64,000 bases of DNA from positions 1-64,000 of the forward strand of contig CAVTUQ010000017.1 in the NCBI GenBank assembly GCA_963737905.1. The letters run 5' to 3'. Positions 1 through 11,132 of this stretch are shown piece after piece; the stretch's first letter is position 1; each line of letters begins with the position of its first letter. The stretch is from an uncultured delta proteobacterium. GTDB taxonomy: Bacteria > Desulfobacterota > Binatia > UBA9968. Made by a program: the position numbers and the translations under genes. Under the pieces are notes generated by a model. The model saw only the letters and a list, made by a program, of their open reading frames with translations. It had not been told where the DNA came from and did not search any database.

Positions 1-348
1 AATCTGATCCACATCTGCTGGGACAACCAGCAGTACGAATCTTCCGGGGGCGAGCCGACAGTCTCGACCATCGGAAAGATCGACTTTGCCGGGATCGCGC
101 AAAGCGCGGGTATCCAAAGTGCGCGCGCGGTCTCGACCGTCGATGAGTTGAAAGAGGCCGTCAGCCATGCCCTGGGCCACGATGGACCGCATTTCATCTG
201 GGCACGCATCGAAGCCGGCAGAGCCGAGGCGCCGCCGCTACGTTACGATGAGCTGGAGAACAAGTACCGCTTCATCCGGCATATCGAGGAGACCGAAGGA
301 ATCAATATTCTACGCGTATCGCCACCGGCCAGTTACCAGCTTAAATAG
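1..348 (+). CDS. TPP-dependent enzyme, C-terminal part (sulfopyruvate/phosphonopyruvate decarboxylase beta-like), partial at window edge
   Basis: Frame +1 is open from base 1: NLIHICWDNQQYESSGGEPTVSTIGKIDFAGIAQSAG, matching the DNxxYxSxGG TPP-binding tail; stop at 346-348. Confidence 0.7.
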   Translation, partial: NLIHICWDNQQYESSGGEPTVSTIGKIDFAGIAQSAGIQSARAVSTVDELKEAVSHALGHDGPHFIWARIEAGRAEAPPLRYDELENKYRFIRHIEETEGINILRVSPPASYQLK

Positions 349-471
349 TGGAGAATTGCTACGGCGCCGGGCTTGTCGCTGTCCGGAAGTACACACGGTG
401 CATTGATCCACTGGAAAAGTAAACGCATCTGGAGTACTGGAGTGGTGGAGTAGTAGAAAGGATCAGATGCT

Positions 472-2187
472 ATGCCGAAGATCACACTCAACAATGTTAC
501 AGTCTCAGATGCTTATATGGCTTTACTGGCCGACCGGGGGATCGACTACTGGTTTGCCAACGCGGGGACCGATTTCGCGCCGGTGGTCGAAACGTTGGCA
601 AAGGCGCAGATGTTGGAAACAAAAGTTCCGAAGCCCGTGACCTGTCCGCACGAGAATACCGCCATGCACATGGCCATCGGCTACTTCCTGGTCACGGGAC
701 GCCCCCAGGCGGTCATGGTGCACGTCAACGTCGGCACCGCCAACGGGATGAACGGCCTGCTCAACGCGGCGCGGGGTCACGTGCCGGTTTTGTTCACAGC
801 GGGCCGAACTCCGACTAACGAAGACGGACTAGCCGGTCATCGCAGCCTGGATATTCACTGGACGCAAGAGATGTTCGATCAGGCGGGAATGCTGCGCGAG
901 TCGGTCAAATGGGACTATGAGTTGCGCAACGGCCAGCAGCTCGAAACGGTCGTCGACAGGGCGCTCACAATCGCCAAGAGCGAGCCCATGGGTCCCGTCT
1001 ATCTTTCTTTGCCGCGGGAGGTACTCTCGCAGCCGATGGCTGAGTTCACCTACACCACTCCATCGCGTCAACATGCGGCGGCTCCGGCGTTTCCCAACGG
1101 CGGCGCAGTCGAAGAGGTGGCTGAGCTCCTTGCGGGTGCGGAGAATCCATTGATCATCACGAGCTCGGCCGGTAGAGACCCGAAAGCCTGGTCGGCACTC
1201 GCCGACTTCACCGAGCGCTATGCGATCCCGGTGATTCAGTATCGTAACCGTTACATGTCGATTCCCAGCAACCATCCGATGAATTTGGGCTATGAGCTTT
1301 CACCCCTGCTGGAAAAGGCCGATGTCATTCTGGCGGTCGATGTCCCCGTGCCATGGCTGCCGGCCTACGACAAGGTACGCGACGACGCGAAGGTCATCCA
1401 CATGGGCCCTGACCCGCTGCATGGATACGTGCCGGTGCGGGGTCATCCTTGCGACATCGCATTAGCCTGCGCGACCGCAGAAGGTTTGCAGGTGCTGAAC
1501 GAAACTATGGCCGAGCACGAGGCTGGAGCAAAACTACGCACCGACAGGCGCCGCGCTTCACTCGCCGAGAGCTGGAGAGCGCTGCGCGACGGTTGGCGAA
1601 AGAAACTAGAGTCGGTCAAAGGCCAGTCGCCGATCCATCCAGCGTGGATCACCCATTGCATTAACGAAATCAAAGACGAAGATACCATCGTCATCAAAGA
1701 ATCGCCGCTGATGCCGGAGCATATCGATTTCTCCAAGCCCGCCACCATGTTTAACGCGGGGGCCGCATCGGGGCTCGGTCACGGCCTGGGCTGCGCGCTG
1801 GGCGCAAAGCTAGCGGCGCGCGATCGGCTGGTCATTGGCACACACGGGGACGGCTCGTATATGTTCGGCAATCCGATCTCGGCGCACTACGTCGGCGCCG
1901 AGCAGGAGCTGCCGGTGTTGACGGTGCTCTTTAACAATCAGCGCTGGCAGGCGGTGCGCCGGGCGACGGTGGGACTCAATCGCGAGGGCTTCGCGGCCAA
2001 GAGTCAGCACCAGCCCATCACATTTCTGGATAGCATCTCGAATTACCAAAAGGCCGTCGAGGTTGCCGACGGCTACGGCGAAAAAGTTACCGATGCAGCC
2101 GAAGTGATGCCGGCACTCGAGCGCGGTCTTCGTGCAGTGAGTGTGGAGAAACGCCAGGCGGTCATTAACATCATTTGTTCGGCGTAG
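472..2187 (+). CDS. Thiamine pyrophosphate-binding protein (acetolactate synthase/benzoylformate decarboxylase-like)
   Basis: 571 aa; FANAGTDF, PHENTA and GDGSYMF...NNQRW TPP motifs. Confidence 0.9.
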   Translation: MPKITLNNVTVSDAYMALLADRGIDYWFANAGTDFAPVVETLAKAQMLETKVPKPVTCPHENTAMHMAIGYFLVTGRPQAVMVHVNVGTANGMNGLLNAARGHVPVLFTAGRTPTNEDGLAGHRSLDIHWTQEMFDQAGMLRESVKWDYELRNGQQLETVVDRALTIAKSEPMGPVYLSLPREVLSQPMAEFTYTTPSRQHAAAPAFPNGGAVEEVAELLAGAENPLIITSSAGRDPKAWSALADFTERYAIPVIQYRNRYMSIPSNHPMNLGYELSPLLEKADVILAVDVPVPWLPAYDKVRDDAKVIHMGPDPLHGYVPVRGHPCDIALACATAEGLQVLNETMAEHEAGAKLRTDRRRASLAESWRALRDGWRKKLESVKGQSPIHPAWITHCINEIKDEDTIVIKESPLMPEHIDFSKPATMFNAGAASGLGHGLGCALGAKLAARDRLVIGTHGDGSYMFGNPISAHYVGAEQELPVLTVLFNNQRWQAVRRATVGLNREGFAAKSQHQPITFLDSISNYQKAVEVADGYGEKVTDAAEVMPALERGLRAVSVEKRQAVINIICSA

Positions 2188-2306
2188 GGTCTTTAGCACG
2201 CTGTTATTCTGAACCCAGCGGATGAGACGCGCCGGACGAACTTTTATTGGTACATGACAGTGAACGTGTTTGGATTTACTGACTCCAATTTTCTGATTGC
2301 ACAACA

Positions 2307-3599
2307 TTGATGATGCGCACAGTGAATGGAGGTTGCATGTCTCCTCTAAACTCCGCTGGATTGACGATTTTCGGTCTGGTTTTGCTGGCGGCGAGTGAAT
2401 CGGTTTTGGCAATAGGCAAACCAGCAGCACGCCAGGATACCAACGCGTGCTACAAATCGACCAAACCGGACCTTGCTATCAGTTATTGCACTCAGATGAT
2501 CGCGTCAGGGCGGCTCTCAGGGAAAGGGCTGGGGTTCGCCTTCTACAAGCGGGGCAACGCCTACAATGAAAAGGGCGATTACGACCAGGCGATCCAGGAC
2601 TACGATCAAGCGATCCGGCTGAATCCTGGGCACGCCACCGCCTTCTCCAACCGTGGCGTCGCCTACGCAAACAAGAAGGATTACGACCGCGCCATCCAGG
2701 ACTACGATCAAGCGATCCGGCTGAATCCTAAACACGACGATGCTTTTTCCAACCGTGGTGTCGCCTACGCTCGCAAGGGGGATTACGACCGGGCGATTCA
2801 GAATTACGATCAGGCGATCCGGTTGAATCCTAAACACGCCAACGCTTTTTATGATCGAGGCAATGCCTATCGGCGCAAGGGGGATTACGACCGGGCGATT
2901 CAGAATTACGATCAGGCGATCCGGTTGAATCCCAAACACGCCAATGCCTTTTCCAATCGTGGCGTCGCCTATGGGCGCAAGGGCGATTACGATCGAGCGA
3001 TTCAGAACTACGATCAAGCGATTCGGTTGAATCCCAACTACGTCAATGCCTTCCATAACCGGGGTAATGCCTACCGGCGGAAGCGAGATTATGAAAGGGC
3101 TGTGCTGGACTACGATCAAGTGATCCGGTTAAATCCAAAGCATGCCAATGCCTACTCGAACCGGGGACTCATGCGCTTTTATCAGAGGCAGTTTACAGAA
3201 GCGGCGCCAGACTTTTCTCAGGCTGTGCAATTGGCGCCGAGCAATTTGTACCGCGTTCTGCTCCTTTACCTCGCGCAGGCACGGGCGGGAAGCGATGCTC
3301 AAGACGGTCTAGAGCAGGCGACGGTAGGTGTAGATCTAAAGGAATGGCCTGGTCCGATAGCTTCCATGTATCTGGGCAAAGTGCCGGAGCAGGCCGTTTT
3401 CGATGCCGCTGCCGATGCCGATCCAACCAGGCAGCGCCAAAAGCGCTGTCAGGCCTATTTTTATGTCGGTCAACATTTATTGATTCGAGAGAATAACAGC
3501 GAGGCGTCTAAGATGTTTCGAGAAGCAATGACTACGGAGGCGTCAACTCTCTTTGAATACGAGGGAGCACAGGTCGAACTGAAGCATCTGGGAAACTAG
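2307..3599 (+). CDS. Secreted tetratricopeptide-repeat protein with NlpI-like C-terminal domain
   Basis: Signal-like N-terminus; about 7 TPRs (AFSNRGVAYxxKGDYDRAIQNYDQAIRLNP); C-terminal WP...CQAYFYVG...FEY; exact start uncertain. Confidence 0.85.
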   Translation: MMMRTVNGGCMSPLNSAGLTIFGLVLLAASESVLAIGKPAARQDTNACYKSTKPDLAISYCTQMIASGRLSGKGLGFAFYKRGNAYNEKGDYDQAIQDYDQAIRLNPGHATAFSNRGVAYANKKDYDRAIQDYDQAIRLNPKHDDAFSNRGVAYARKGDYDRAIQNYDQAIRLNPKHANAFYDRGNAYRRKGDYDRAIQNYDQAIRLNPKHANAFSNRGVAYGRKGDYDRAIQNYDQAIRLNPNYVNAFHNRGNAYRRKRDYERAVLDYDQVIRLNPKHANAYSNRGLMRFYQRQFTEAAPDFSQAVQLAPSNLYRVLLLYLAQARAGSDAQDGLEQATVGVDLKEWPGPIASMYLGKVPEQAVFDAAADADPTRQRQKRCQAYFYVGQHLLIRENNSEASKMFREAMTTEASTLFEYEGAQVELKHLGN

Positions 3600-3747
3600 C
3601 GCACCACTCCATTTCTTCCCTAAAAGCGGTCATCGCCGCTCTGGTGTCTCTGTACACGGAATACGACCAACGTAGGACTTTGCTGGCACGGGCATACAAC
3701 ATTAGAAGCAATTTGCCCAGTTTCGGCTTGAAAATGACTGAGGATAA

Positions 3748-3775
3748 TTGACAACGTACAACCCTCCGATAGCAT
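3748..3775 (+). promoter_or_regulatory. Putative sigma70 promoter for the gene at 3831
   Basis: TTGACA-N16-TAGCAT, followed by an AGGAGGAG ribosome-binding site before the ATG. Confidence 0.5.
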
Positions 3776-3830
3776 TCCTCGTAGGCGACCCTGGAGAGGC
3801 GTCCAACGTTAATTCATAGGAGGAGAATGT

Positions 3831-4160
3831 ATGATGAAAAAGACGGCTGCATTTATTGTCCTGGCTTTCTTGGTTCTGCCATTTGCGGCTTTAGCCCAAA
3901 GTCCTAGCAGTTCTACAAATTCCATCGAGAATCTAAATGTGGCGGATATCGGCGATGACTCGCTAGTCGTGCTCAGCAAGGAGGAAACCGGGGTACCGGG
4001 ATACGTCCATCAAAAGTATGCCTACGCTTGTTTTGGAGAATTAAGACTGGTTGATTACTACGGCGCGGCGTTTGAGTCCAATGACCCGAATATTCTTCAG
4101 ATTGAACGCTCGATGTGTTCACGGCAACACTTTAACGATCTTGACACTTCAGAAGACTAA
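3831..4160 (+). CDS. Small secreted hypothetical protein
   Basis: Strong RBS; Sec-type signal MKKTAAFIVLAFLVLPFAALA; two Cys. Confidence 0.75.
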   Translation: MMKKTAAFIVLAFLVLPFAALAQSPSSSTNSIENLNVADIGDDSLVVLSKEETGVPGYVHQKYAYACFGELRLVDYYGAAFESNDPNILQIERSMCSRQHFNDLDTSED

Positions 4161-4427
4161 TGATTCCGCTTCGGAGTAGCCATCGACTCAACGACTCGTC
4201 CCTCCAGGGTCGAAGGGCTACTCCAGAGTCCAGTGGCCGGCTGTTGATTCGTCTCCCTTTATCCTGCAACGATTTTCCCTTCGACTTGTGAAACACCGTC
4301 TATAAACGTCAAACGTCTGTATTGTTGTCCCCTTCTATCACGTAGATTCTGAGCGGTGGACCTCGTTCATCGACTCCATTTCTCCAGAAGACCGGCTATG
4401 GTGGTATAGGGGAGGGCGGGTTCAAAC

Positions 4428-5820
4428 TTGCGAAGGGAAGAATCACGGGTTCTCTTAGTCGTTTGCCTGGGAACGTTTTTCCACATGCAGAGCGTCGGTA
4501 GCATCGGCGTATCGCTTTCAGCTATCCAAAAGGAATTTAACACGAGCCTAGCCGCCGTCCAATGGATTGGCTTGATGGGGTCGATTATGCTCTCCAGCCT
4601 TTCGCTTGGCTTTGGACGGGCCGGCGATCTCATCGGGCGAAGAACAATTTTCAAGACCGGGCTCGCTCTGTACACGACGGGAGCGGGCTTGGCAGCGGTT
4701 CTGTGGAACCTTTCCGCAATTGGTCGCGTCACGGTGCGTGATGGCGCTCGGCTTGGCCATGGCAGCACCTATGGCCGCGGCCATCATAGCCTCCGTGCAT
4801 GGACACGATCACCGGGGGCGCGCTCTGGGCCTGCTGGCGGCCTCCATCGCCTTGGGGAGGACGACTGGACCGACAATCGGCGGGGCCATTCTTCAGTTTT
4901 GGGGTTGGAGAACGGTGTTTCTTGCCAATTGCATTTTTGGAGTCGCCACCTCCGTGACTATGTTCTTGATCTTTGAAGGCAGGGAAGAACGCCGCAAGGT
5001 TTCGGTCGATTATTTGGGTGTGCTTTCCTTGGTAGTCGGCTTTCCTTCGTTTCTGATTGCCCTGACAGTCGGGACGCGCCTGGGCTGGGATGCCTCGGAT
5101 ATCGTTCTCTGGCTTGGCTTGGCGGCGACGGGAATCGTCAGTTTCGTATGGCGAGAGCTGCATGCCGAAGCGCCCCTGATGAATCTCCGTTATTTCAGGA
5201 GCATTCCCTTCGCCAGGTCCATGTTGTCGTTAGTTCTTGCGACCCTGGCGTTCTACCCGGTCGCCATCTTCGGCCCCATTTATCTGCTCAACGTCATCGG
5301 GACGACTCCACTGGCGGCCGGTCTAGCGATGGCGACGCTGCCTCTGTGCACCACAGTGCTCTCCCCGCTAAGCGGCCGGCTGGCGGATCGATTTAATCCC
5401 AGATGGGTGGCCGGACTCGGTTTGTGCGTTATTTTTTTAGGTGTGTTCTTTTACGCCAGACTCGGTGAGGACTCGACTCTTATTTGGATCGTTTTTGTCC
5501 TGTCCATTTTAGGAGTGGGCATCGGGCTCTTTGTTCCCGCCAATGACAAAGCGGCCTTCTCGACGGTGCCGAGTCGAGATTACGGAATGCTTGCAGCCAT
5601 GCTGACCACGTTTGGCACGGGTTCCGGCGCGCTGGGTACAACCGTAGCGGTAGCGCTAGCCGAGATCGCAAAGAGAAGTCGAATAAGCGGTGATGCCGCG
5701 GGATTTGCCTATGACCAGCAATTTGCTTTCTGGACGCTGCTGCCGCTGGCTGCTCTGGCGGTCCTTGTCAGCCTGCTGGGAAAGCGCGAAAGGGGTAAGG
5801 GAAGCGGTTACGAACCTTGA
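4428..5820 (+). CDS. MFS transporter (EmrB/QacA DHA2-like), split by a +1 frameshift near 4697
   Basis: GRAGDLIGRR motif in ORF 4428 continues into the TM helices of ORF 4606-5820; removing one G in GCGGTT restores AAFCGTFPQL. Confidence 0.8.
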
Positions 5821-5870
5821 CGGCTTAGGTTGGCATGTACTAAGTAGCTCCATGAGGATAATATTCACCA

Positions 5871-6617
5871 ATGGCCGAACCCATTTCGCATTCGGTACTT
5901 GCTGATCTCGCGCCGACGGGCAAGTTACGCGTCGGGATCAATTATGGAAACCCGGTGCTCGCGACGAGAGATCCGGCCAGCGGAGATCTTCGTGGCGTAG
6001 CCGTCGATCTGGCGCGGGAGCTTGGTAAGCGCGTCAACCTGCCGATGGAGCTTGTCGCTTTCGACTCGGCTGGAAAAATGTTCGATGCGGTGAAAGCTGG
6101 CGCTTGGGACGTTGCATTCTTAGCGATAGATCCGGGTCGTGCGGACCAAATCGACTTCACCGCTCCTTACATTGAGATCGAAGGTACATATCTCGTGCCG
6201 GCCGGATCGCCGCTTCACGTCATCGGGGACGTCGACCGGGAGAGAGTGCGGATTGGTATCTCTTCGGGAAGTGCTTACGATCTGTTTCTGAGCCGCAGCA
6301 TTCAACATGCAGAATTGATCCGCGCGCCGGATCCTAACGGAGCGTTCGAACTGATCCTCTCCGGTAAAGTGGACGTCCTCGCCGGCGTGAGACAACATCT
6401 CGTTGCGAACGTCGAGAAACTGCCCGGATCGCGGGTGCTCGACGGCAGGTTCATGGCAATTCAACAAGCCCTCGGTATTGTCAAAGGTCGCACCGCTGGA
6501 GCTAGGTATCTGCGGGAATTCATCGAAGAAGTAAAAGCTTCCGGGCTGGTTGCTGACGCGATCGAAAAAGCCGGCGTTGGAGGAGTTTCAGTCGCGCCCA
6601 GAGCGACGGCTCAGTAG
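5871..6617 (+). CDS. ABC transporter substrate-binding protein (family 3, amino-acid type)
   Basis: LAPTGKLRVGIN...GVAVDLARELG...WDVAFLAIDP...IDFTAPY. Confidence 0.85.
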   Translation: MAEPISHSVLADLAPTGKLRVGINYGNPVLATRDPASGDLRGVAVDLARELGKRVNLPMELVAFDSAGKMFDAVKAGAWDVAFLAIDPGRADQIDFTAPYIEIEGTYLVPAGSPLHVIGDVDRERVRIGISSGSAYDLFLSRSIQHAELIRAPDPNGAFELILSGKVDVLAGVRQHLVANVEKLPGSRVLDGRFMAIQQALGIVKGRTAGARYLREFIEEVKASGLVADAIEKAGVGGVSVAPRATAQ

Positions 6618-6686
6618 GCAAGCACAGCATAATCTCCAACAGCCATTTCATCATCACCCCGCTAATACGCGGCGGAGACAAGACCA

Positions 6687-7778
6687 ATGAGCATTAAGAG
6701 CCGAGCGGCGATCCTGGTCGAACCTAACAAACCTCTGGTGGTGGATGAGGTCGAGATTCCTGATCCTAGGCCGGACCAGGTTTTAGTGAAGCTCTTTTCC
6801 AGCGGTGTCTGTCATTCGCAGCTCCACACGATGCGCCGGCCGCCACGGGCCGGTCATCGTCTCCCTGCCTTGCTAGGTCATGAATCGACGGGAATTGTGA
6901 CCGCAAGAGGACGTGAGGTGACGCATGTCAAAGAGGGCGACCATGTCATCACGACGTGGGTGGATCGCGATAATTCCACGACCACCCAACCGCTCGTGGC
7001 GCACGCTTTGAATGACCGAGCCCAGTCCATAGCCGTCTGGCGGGGAAAAGAAGTTTCGCATTCCGCCGCAACCTGGGCTGAATACGCTTTGGCGTCCGAG
7101 CGTGTTGTGCTGCCGATGCCCAGCGATATACCCACGGATGTTACGGCGATCATCGGTTGCGCGGTCATGACCGGGGCGGGCGCGATCATGAACACGCTGC
7201 AAGTCAGGCCGGGGCAATCGGTGGCCGTATTCGGTGCCGGCGGCATCGGCCTCTGTGCGATTGCGGCGGCGGCCATCGTCGATGCTCATCCGATCGTTGT
7301 CGTCGATGTGAGCGAAGAAAAGCTGGCCTTTGCGCGGCGCTTCGGCGCGACCCACACGGTTGACGCGCGGAGTGGCGACGCCGTTAAAGCTATTCAGGAT
7401 CTGAGCGGCGGTGGGGTTGACTACGCCATCGATGCGGTGGGGTTACCGGAAACCCAGCAACAAATCCTCCGCGCTGCCAGGATGGGTTATTCCGGCCTCA
7501 ATCGAGGCGGAACCGCGTTGTTGATCGGCATTACGCCGCCGGGTGCGAAAGCGATATTGGATACCAATCTCTTCATCGGAAGCCGCACTTTCACCCGCAC
7601 GAGCGGCGGCGATTGTCGCCCGGACCGGGACTTTCCGCTGTTCGTGCGCTGGTACCGCGAAGGGAAATTGAAGCTAAACGATCTCGTGACGCACCGTTAC
7701 AAACTGGAGCAGATCAATTCAGCAGTTGAGGATTTGGAGCATGGACGGATCCTCGGTCGCGGAATTATTACCTATTGA
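6687..7778 (+). CDS. Zinc-dependent alcohol dehydrogenase (MDR family)
   Basis: GVCHS, LGHE, GCAVMTG and GAGGIG motifs; no structural-Zn Cys lobe. Confidence 0.9.
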   Translation: MSIKSRAAILVEPNKPLVVDEVEIPDPRPDQVLVKLFSSGVCHSQLHTMRRPPRAGHRLPALLGHESTGIVTARGREVTHVKEGDHVITTWVDRDNSTTTQPLVAHALNDRAQSIAVWRGKEVSHSAATWAEYALASERVVLPMPSDIPTDVTAIIGCAVMTGAGAIMNTLQVRPGQSVAVFGAGGIGLCAIAAAAIVDAHPIVVVDVSEEKLAFARRFGATHTVDARSGDAVKAIQDLSGGGVDYAIDAVGLPETQQQILRAARMGYSGLNRGGTALLIGITPPGAKAILDTNLFIGSRTFTRTSGGDCRPDRDFPLFVRWYREGKLKLNDLVTHRYKLEQINSAVEDLEHGRILGRGIITY

Positions 7779-8026
7779 ATTTTGGTGGGTTTCTTAAGAT
7801 CGTCAGGGACGTCAGCGACAAGCACGTTCTGTGAATTGACTACGTAGATGGGTTCGCCGTTGGGAGTAAACTCGTCGGTTCGTATGATATTGGTTACCAC
7901 CGTTTTCATTCTGATCATGGAGCCGTCTGAGAGTTTGTATGCGTTGTACTCTTCCCGTACGGTCTCGAAATCGACCAGGGTTCCCCCGATGGTTTTATCG
8001 CCGACTGTCAGCTCGACTCTCTTCAT
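7772..8026 (-). CDS. Small hypothetical protein (84 aa)
   Basis: GGAGG RBS upstream of ATG at 8026; MKRVELTVGDK...EEYNAYKLSDGSMIRMKTVV...GEPIYVVNSQN. Confidence 0.7.
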   Translation of the reverse strand: MKRVELTVGDKTIGGTLVDFETVREEYNAYKLSDGSMIRMKTVVTNIIRTDEFTPNGEPIYVVNSQNVLVADVPDDLKKPTKIQ

Positions 8027-8276
8027 CCTTTGCCTCCCGGCTCCAATCCTGCCACTTCGGCTATTGTGCCATAAGCCTCGGTCTTGAACCATCCATACCA
8101 ATCGCTAATGCCCTGGCGCGGTGCAATGGACTCTCGAATACAGAACTGAACAACCCCTTGGACGAATTGTTGACACCATTCAATGGTATGGATACTGTTT
8201 ACTCAAACCGCGGGATCGTTTAACCGCTTGATCCACTAACCGTTGTTTCAGACTCGCGAAGCGAAAGCTTTTACCG

Positions 8277-9632
8277 ATGAACTATAACGCATGGTTTCAG
8301 TGCATTAAGGGCTGCCCGGGCCAGTTCAGTCTTCTCGAAATTATCTACCGCTGCCCGTCCTGCGGCGACCTGCTAGAGGTCCATCACGATACTGAGGCCC
8401 TCAAAACCAGGGCCGCATCGGCGTGGATCAAGCTCTTCGATGAGCGATTGCGCCAAAACGCCTACCCCTATGGCTCGGGCGTATGGGCGAAGAAGGAGTG
8501 GGTCGTTCCGTTTATCGACAATGAGAACATCGTTTCCACTTTCGAGGGCAACACCAATCTGTTCTGGGCGAACCGGTACGGCAAGCAGCTGCACCTTGAG
8601 GATCTCTGGGTCAAGCAATGCGGCAACTCGCACACAGGATCTTTCAAGGACCTCGGCATGACCGTTTTGGTATCCGTGGTGAATCAAATGATCGCCAACG
8701 GCGAGCCCATCGACGCGGTGGCCTGCGCCTCCACCGGCGACACCTCGGCGGCACTCGCGGCCTATGGCGCTGCCGCAGGCATTCCAACAGTCGTATTCCT
8801 GCCACGGGATAAAGTTTCGCCTGCGCAGCTCGTGCAGCCGCTCGCCAATGGCGCCCTGGTGCTCTCCCTGGACACCGACTTCGATGGTTGCATGGCTGCG
8901 GTTCAAGAAGTGACTAAACACAAACATATCTACTTGGCGAACTCGATGAACAGTTTGCGCATCGAGGGACAAAAAACCATTGCCATCGAAATCGTGCAAC
9001 AGTTTGATTGGGAAGTGCCGGATTGGGTGGTCCTGCCGGGCGGAAATCTTGGCAATGTGAGCGCCATCGGCAAAGGCTTTCTCATGATGCGGGATCTCGG
9101 ATTAATTTCGAAGCTGCCGCGTATTTGCGTGGCGCAGGCGGAGAACGCCAATCCGTTTTATCTTTCCTATTTGAAAAACTTCGAGCACTTCGAACCGATC
9201 ACCGCACGGAAGACCTTGGCGAGTGCGATTCAAATAGGCAATCCCGTTAGCATTCGTAAAGCGATCGCGACGATACAGCGCTTTGAGGGCGTTGTCGAGC
9301 AGGCGTCGGAGCTGGAGCTTGCCGAAGAAGTGGCCCGCGCTGACCGCACGGGCATGTTCAATTGCCCACACACGGGTGTGGCACTGGCCGCGTTGCGAAA
9401 GCTAGTCGAACGTAAGGTGATCCACGGCCACGAGCGGGTAGTCGTGGTTTCGACGGCTCATGGTCTCAAGTTTGCGGAACAGAAAATAGCTTATCACACC
9501 GGCACCCTCGAAGGCGTTCAAGGAAAGGGGACTCAACATAATCGCCCCGTAGAGTTGAACGCCGAGCCAAAAAAGATCAGCGATGCGATCTCGCGTTACG
9601 TCGAGCGGATGCGGCTCTTGGACCACTCATGA
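8277..9632 (+). CDS. thrC: Threonine synthase (plant/class I-type)
   Basis: [12 protein letters not shown] lysine motif, [34 protein letters not shown]. Confidence 0.92.
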   Translation: MNYNAWFQCIKGCPGQFSLLEIIYRCPSCGDLLEVHHDTEALKTRAASAWIKLFDERLRQNAYPYGSGVWAKKEWVVPFIDNENIVSTFEGNTNLFWANRYGKQLHLEDLWVKQCGNSHTGSFKDLGMTVLVSVVNQMIANGEPIDAVACASTGDTSAALAAYGAAAGIPTVVFLPRDKVSPAQLVQPLANGALVLSLDTDFDGCMAAVQEVTKHKHIYLANSMNSLRIEGQKTIAIEIVQQFDWEVPDWVVLPGGNLGNVSAIGKGFLMMRDLGLISKLPRICVAQAENANPFYLSYLKNFEHFEPITARKTLASAIQIGNPVSIRKAIATIQRFEGVVEQASELELAEEVARADRTGMFNCPHTGVALAALRKLVERKVIHGHERVVVVSTAHGLKFAEQKIAYHTGTLEGVQGKGTQHNRPVELNAEPKKISDAISRYVERMRLLDHS

Positions 9633-10870
9633 ATGACCGTCAGAGCAAAAACAACGGCGAGACCGCCGTCGCGGCAAATCATAGAGGAGCCGGCGAAAAG
9701 ACACACGGCATCAGCACTCTCGCCGTGCACGCCGGCGAGCCGCGGCCGAAGTTCGGCAATGCTCTCGCTACACCCATCGTACAAACTGCAACTTACACGT
9801 TCAGCGGCACCCAGGAGTTGCGTGACCATTTTGAGCGACGCATCAAGCGCGAGGAGTACGGACGCTACGGCAACCCCACACAGCACATCGCCGAACAAAA
9901 ACTGGCCGCGCTTGAAGGCGCCGCGGACTGCTTGCTCTTCGCCAGCGGCATGGCCGCCGTTACCACGACCTTGTACGCCGTGCTTTCACACAATTCTCAT
10001 GTCGTCGTAACAGACGACTCTTATCGCCGGACCCGGCAGTTTCTCACCCAAGTGCTTCATCGCTACGGTGTCGAGGTATCGGTAGTGCCCGCGGGTGACT
10101 ATGAAGCGATGGCAGACGCGATTCGCCCCACCACGCGGGTGCTCATCAGCGAGTCGCCGACCAACCCATACAACTACATCGTTGACCTCGAACGCTTCGC
10201 CGATATCGGCCGGCGCCACCGCGTAAAAACGCTCATCGACGCCACGTTCGCAACACCTTTTAACCAACGGCCGCTGGAGTTCGGCATCGATCTGGTTCTG
10301 CACTCGGCGACCAAATATCTCGGCGGCCACAACGATCTCCTGGCCGGCGCCGTGCTCGGGTCAGCCGAGCTCGTGGATGGGATTCGAGGGTTGCAGGCGG
10401 TAACCGGAGCCATCGTCGATCCTTTCGTCGCGTACCTTCTTGTCCGTGGCCTTAAGACTTTTGCGCTCCGAATCGCGCGGCAGAACGCCAATGCTCAGGC
10501 GCTCGCCGAGTTTTTGGCGGCCCACCCGCGGGTCAGCGCCGTTCACTATGCCGGTTTGCCGACTCACCCACAGCACCAGGTGGCGCGGCGCCAGATGCGG
10601 GGGTTCGGCGGGGTTGTCTCGTTTGAGGTTGCCGGTGACCTCGAAGCCGCTTCCAGGGTCGTGGATGCTTGCCGCATTCCTCAGATCGCGCCCTCGCTGG
10701 GAGGCGTCGAGAGCCTGATCGAGCAGCCTGCGTTGATGAGTTTTTACGAGCTCACCACGGAAGAGCGTCTCCAGGTCGGGATCAAGGACAACTTGATCCG
10801 CTACTCGGTGGGCATCGAAGACGCGGAGGATTTGATCGTTGATCTCGCCGCTGCCCTCGAAAACGTGTGA
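9629..10870 (+). CDS. metB: Cystathionine gamma-synthase (Cys/Met metabolism PLP enzyme, plant-like)
   Basis: [40 protein letters not shown] and SLGGVESL motifs; overlaps the thrC stop (ATGA). Confidence 0.8.
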   Translation: MNDRQSKNNGETAVAANHRGAGEKTHGISTLAVHAGEPRPKFGNALATPIVQTATYTFSGTQELRDHFERRIKREEYGRYGNPTQHIAEQKLAALEGAADCLLFASGMAAVTTTLYAVLSHNSHVVVTDDSYRRTRQFLTQVLHRYGVEVSVVPAGDYEAMADAIRPTTRVLISESPTNPYNYIVDLERFADIGRRHRVKTLIDATFATPFNQRPLEFGIDLVLHSATKYLGGHNDLLAGAVLGSAELVDGIRGLQAVTGAIVDPFVAYLLVRGLKTFALRIARQNANAQALAEFLAAHPRVSAVHYAGLPTHPQHQVARRQMRGFGGVVSFEVAGDLEAASRVVDACRIPQIAPSLGGVESLIEQPALMSFYELTTEERLQVGIKDNLIRYSVGIEDAEDLIVDLAAALENV

Positions 10871-11132
10871 AGCTAGGCTCGGCCCGACCAAGCACACAAT
10901 TCTCACAGTCCGCACAAGAGGTTTTTCCATTTCATCGGGTAAACCCTCCGTCGTGGACAGCATAGGACCACCCTCGGGTCGGCTTGTCACGAAACTTTCA
11001 CAATCTCGTTTATTCGCGGATAGCGCAGAGAATGTGCTATACCAAACTGTCAGTAACATCTTTGTGTTCTCGGTAGTGAAATTCCTCCATATCCACCGCA
11101 AAGAATGCAAAGAGAAAACGGGGTATTCACAT

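Noticed and set aside
8030-8276. SAM riboswitch or T-box upstream of thrC-metB
   Set aside because: No recognisable conserved core; only a plausible TTGACA promoter near 8170
10839-11132. N-terminal extensions given by the ORF track (also 61666, 43638, 34602, 39952, 51850)
   Set aside because: Family motifs and RBS positions support the downstream starts
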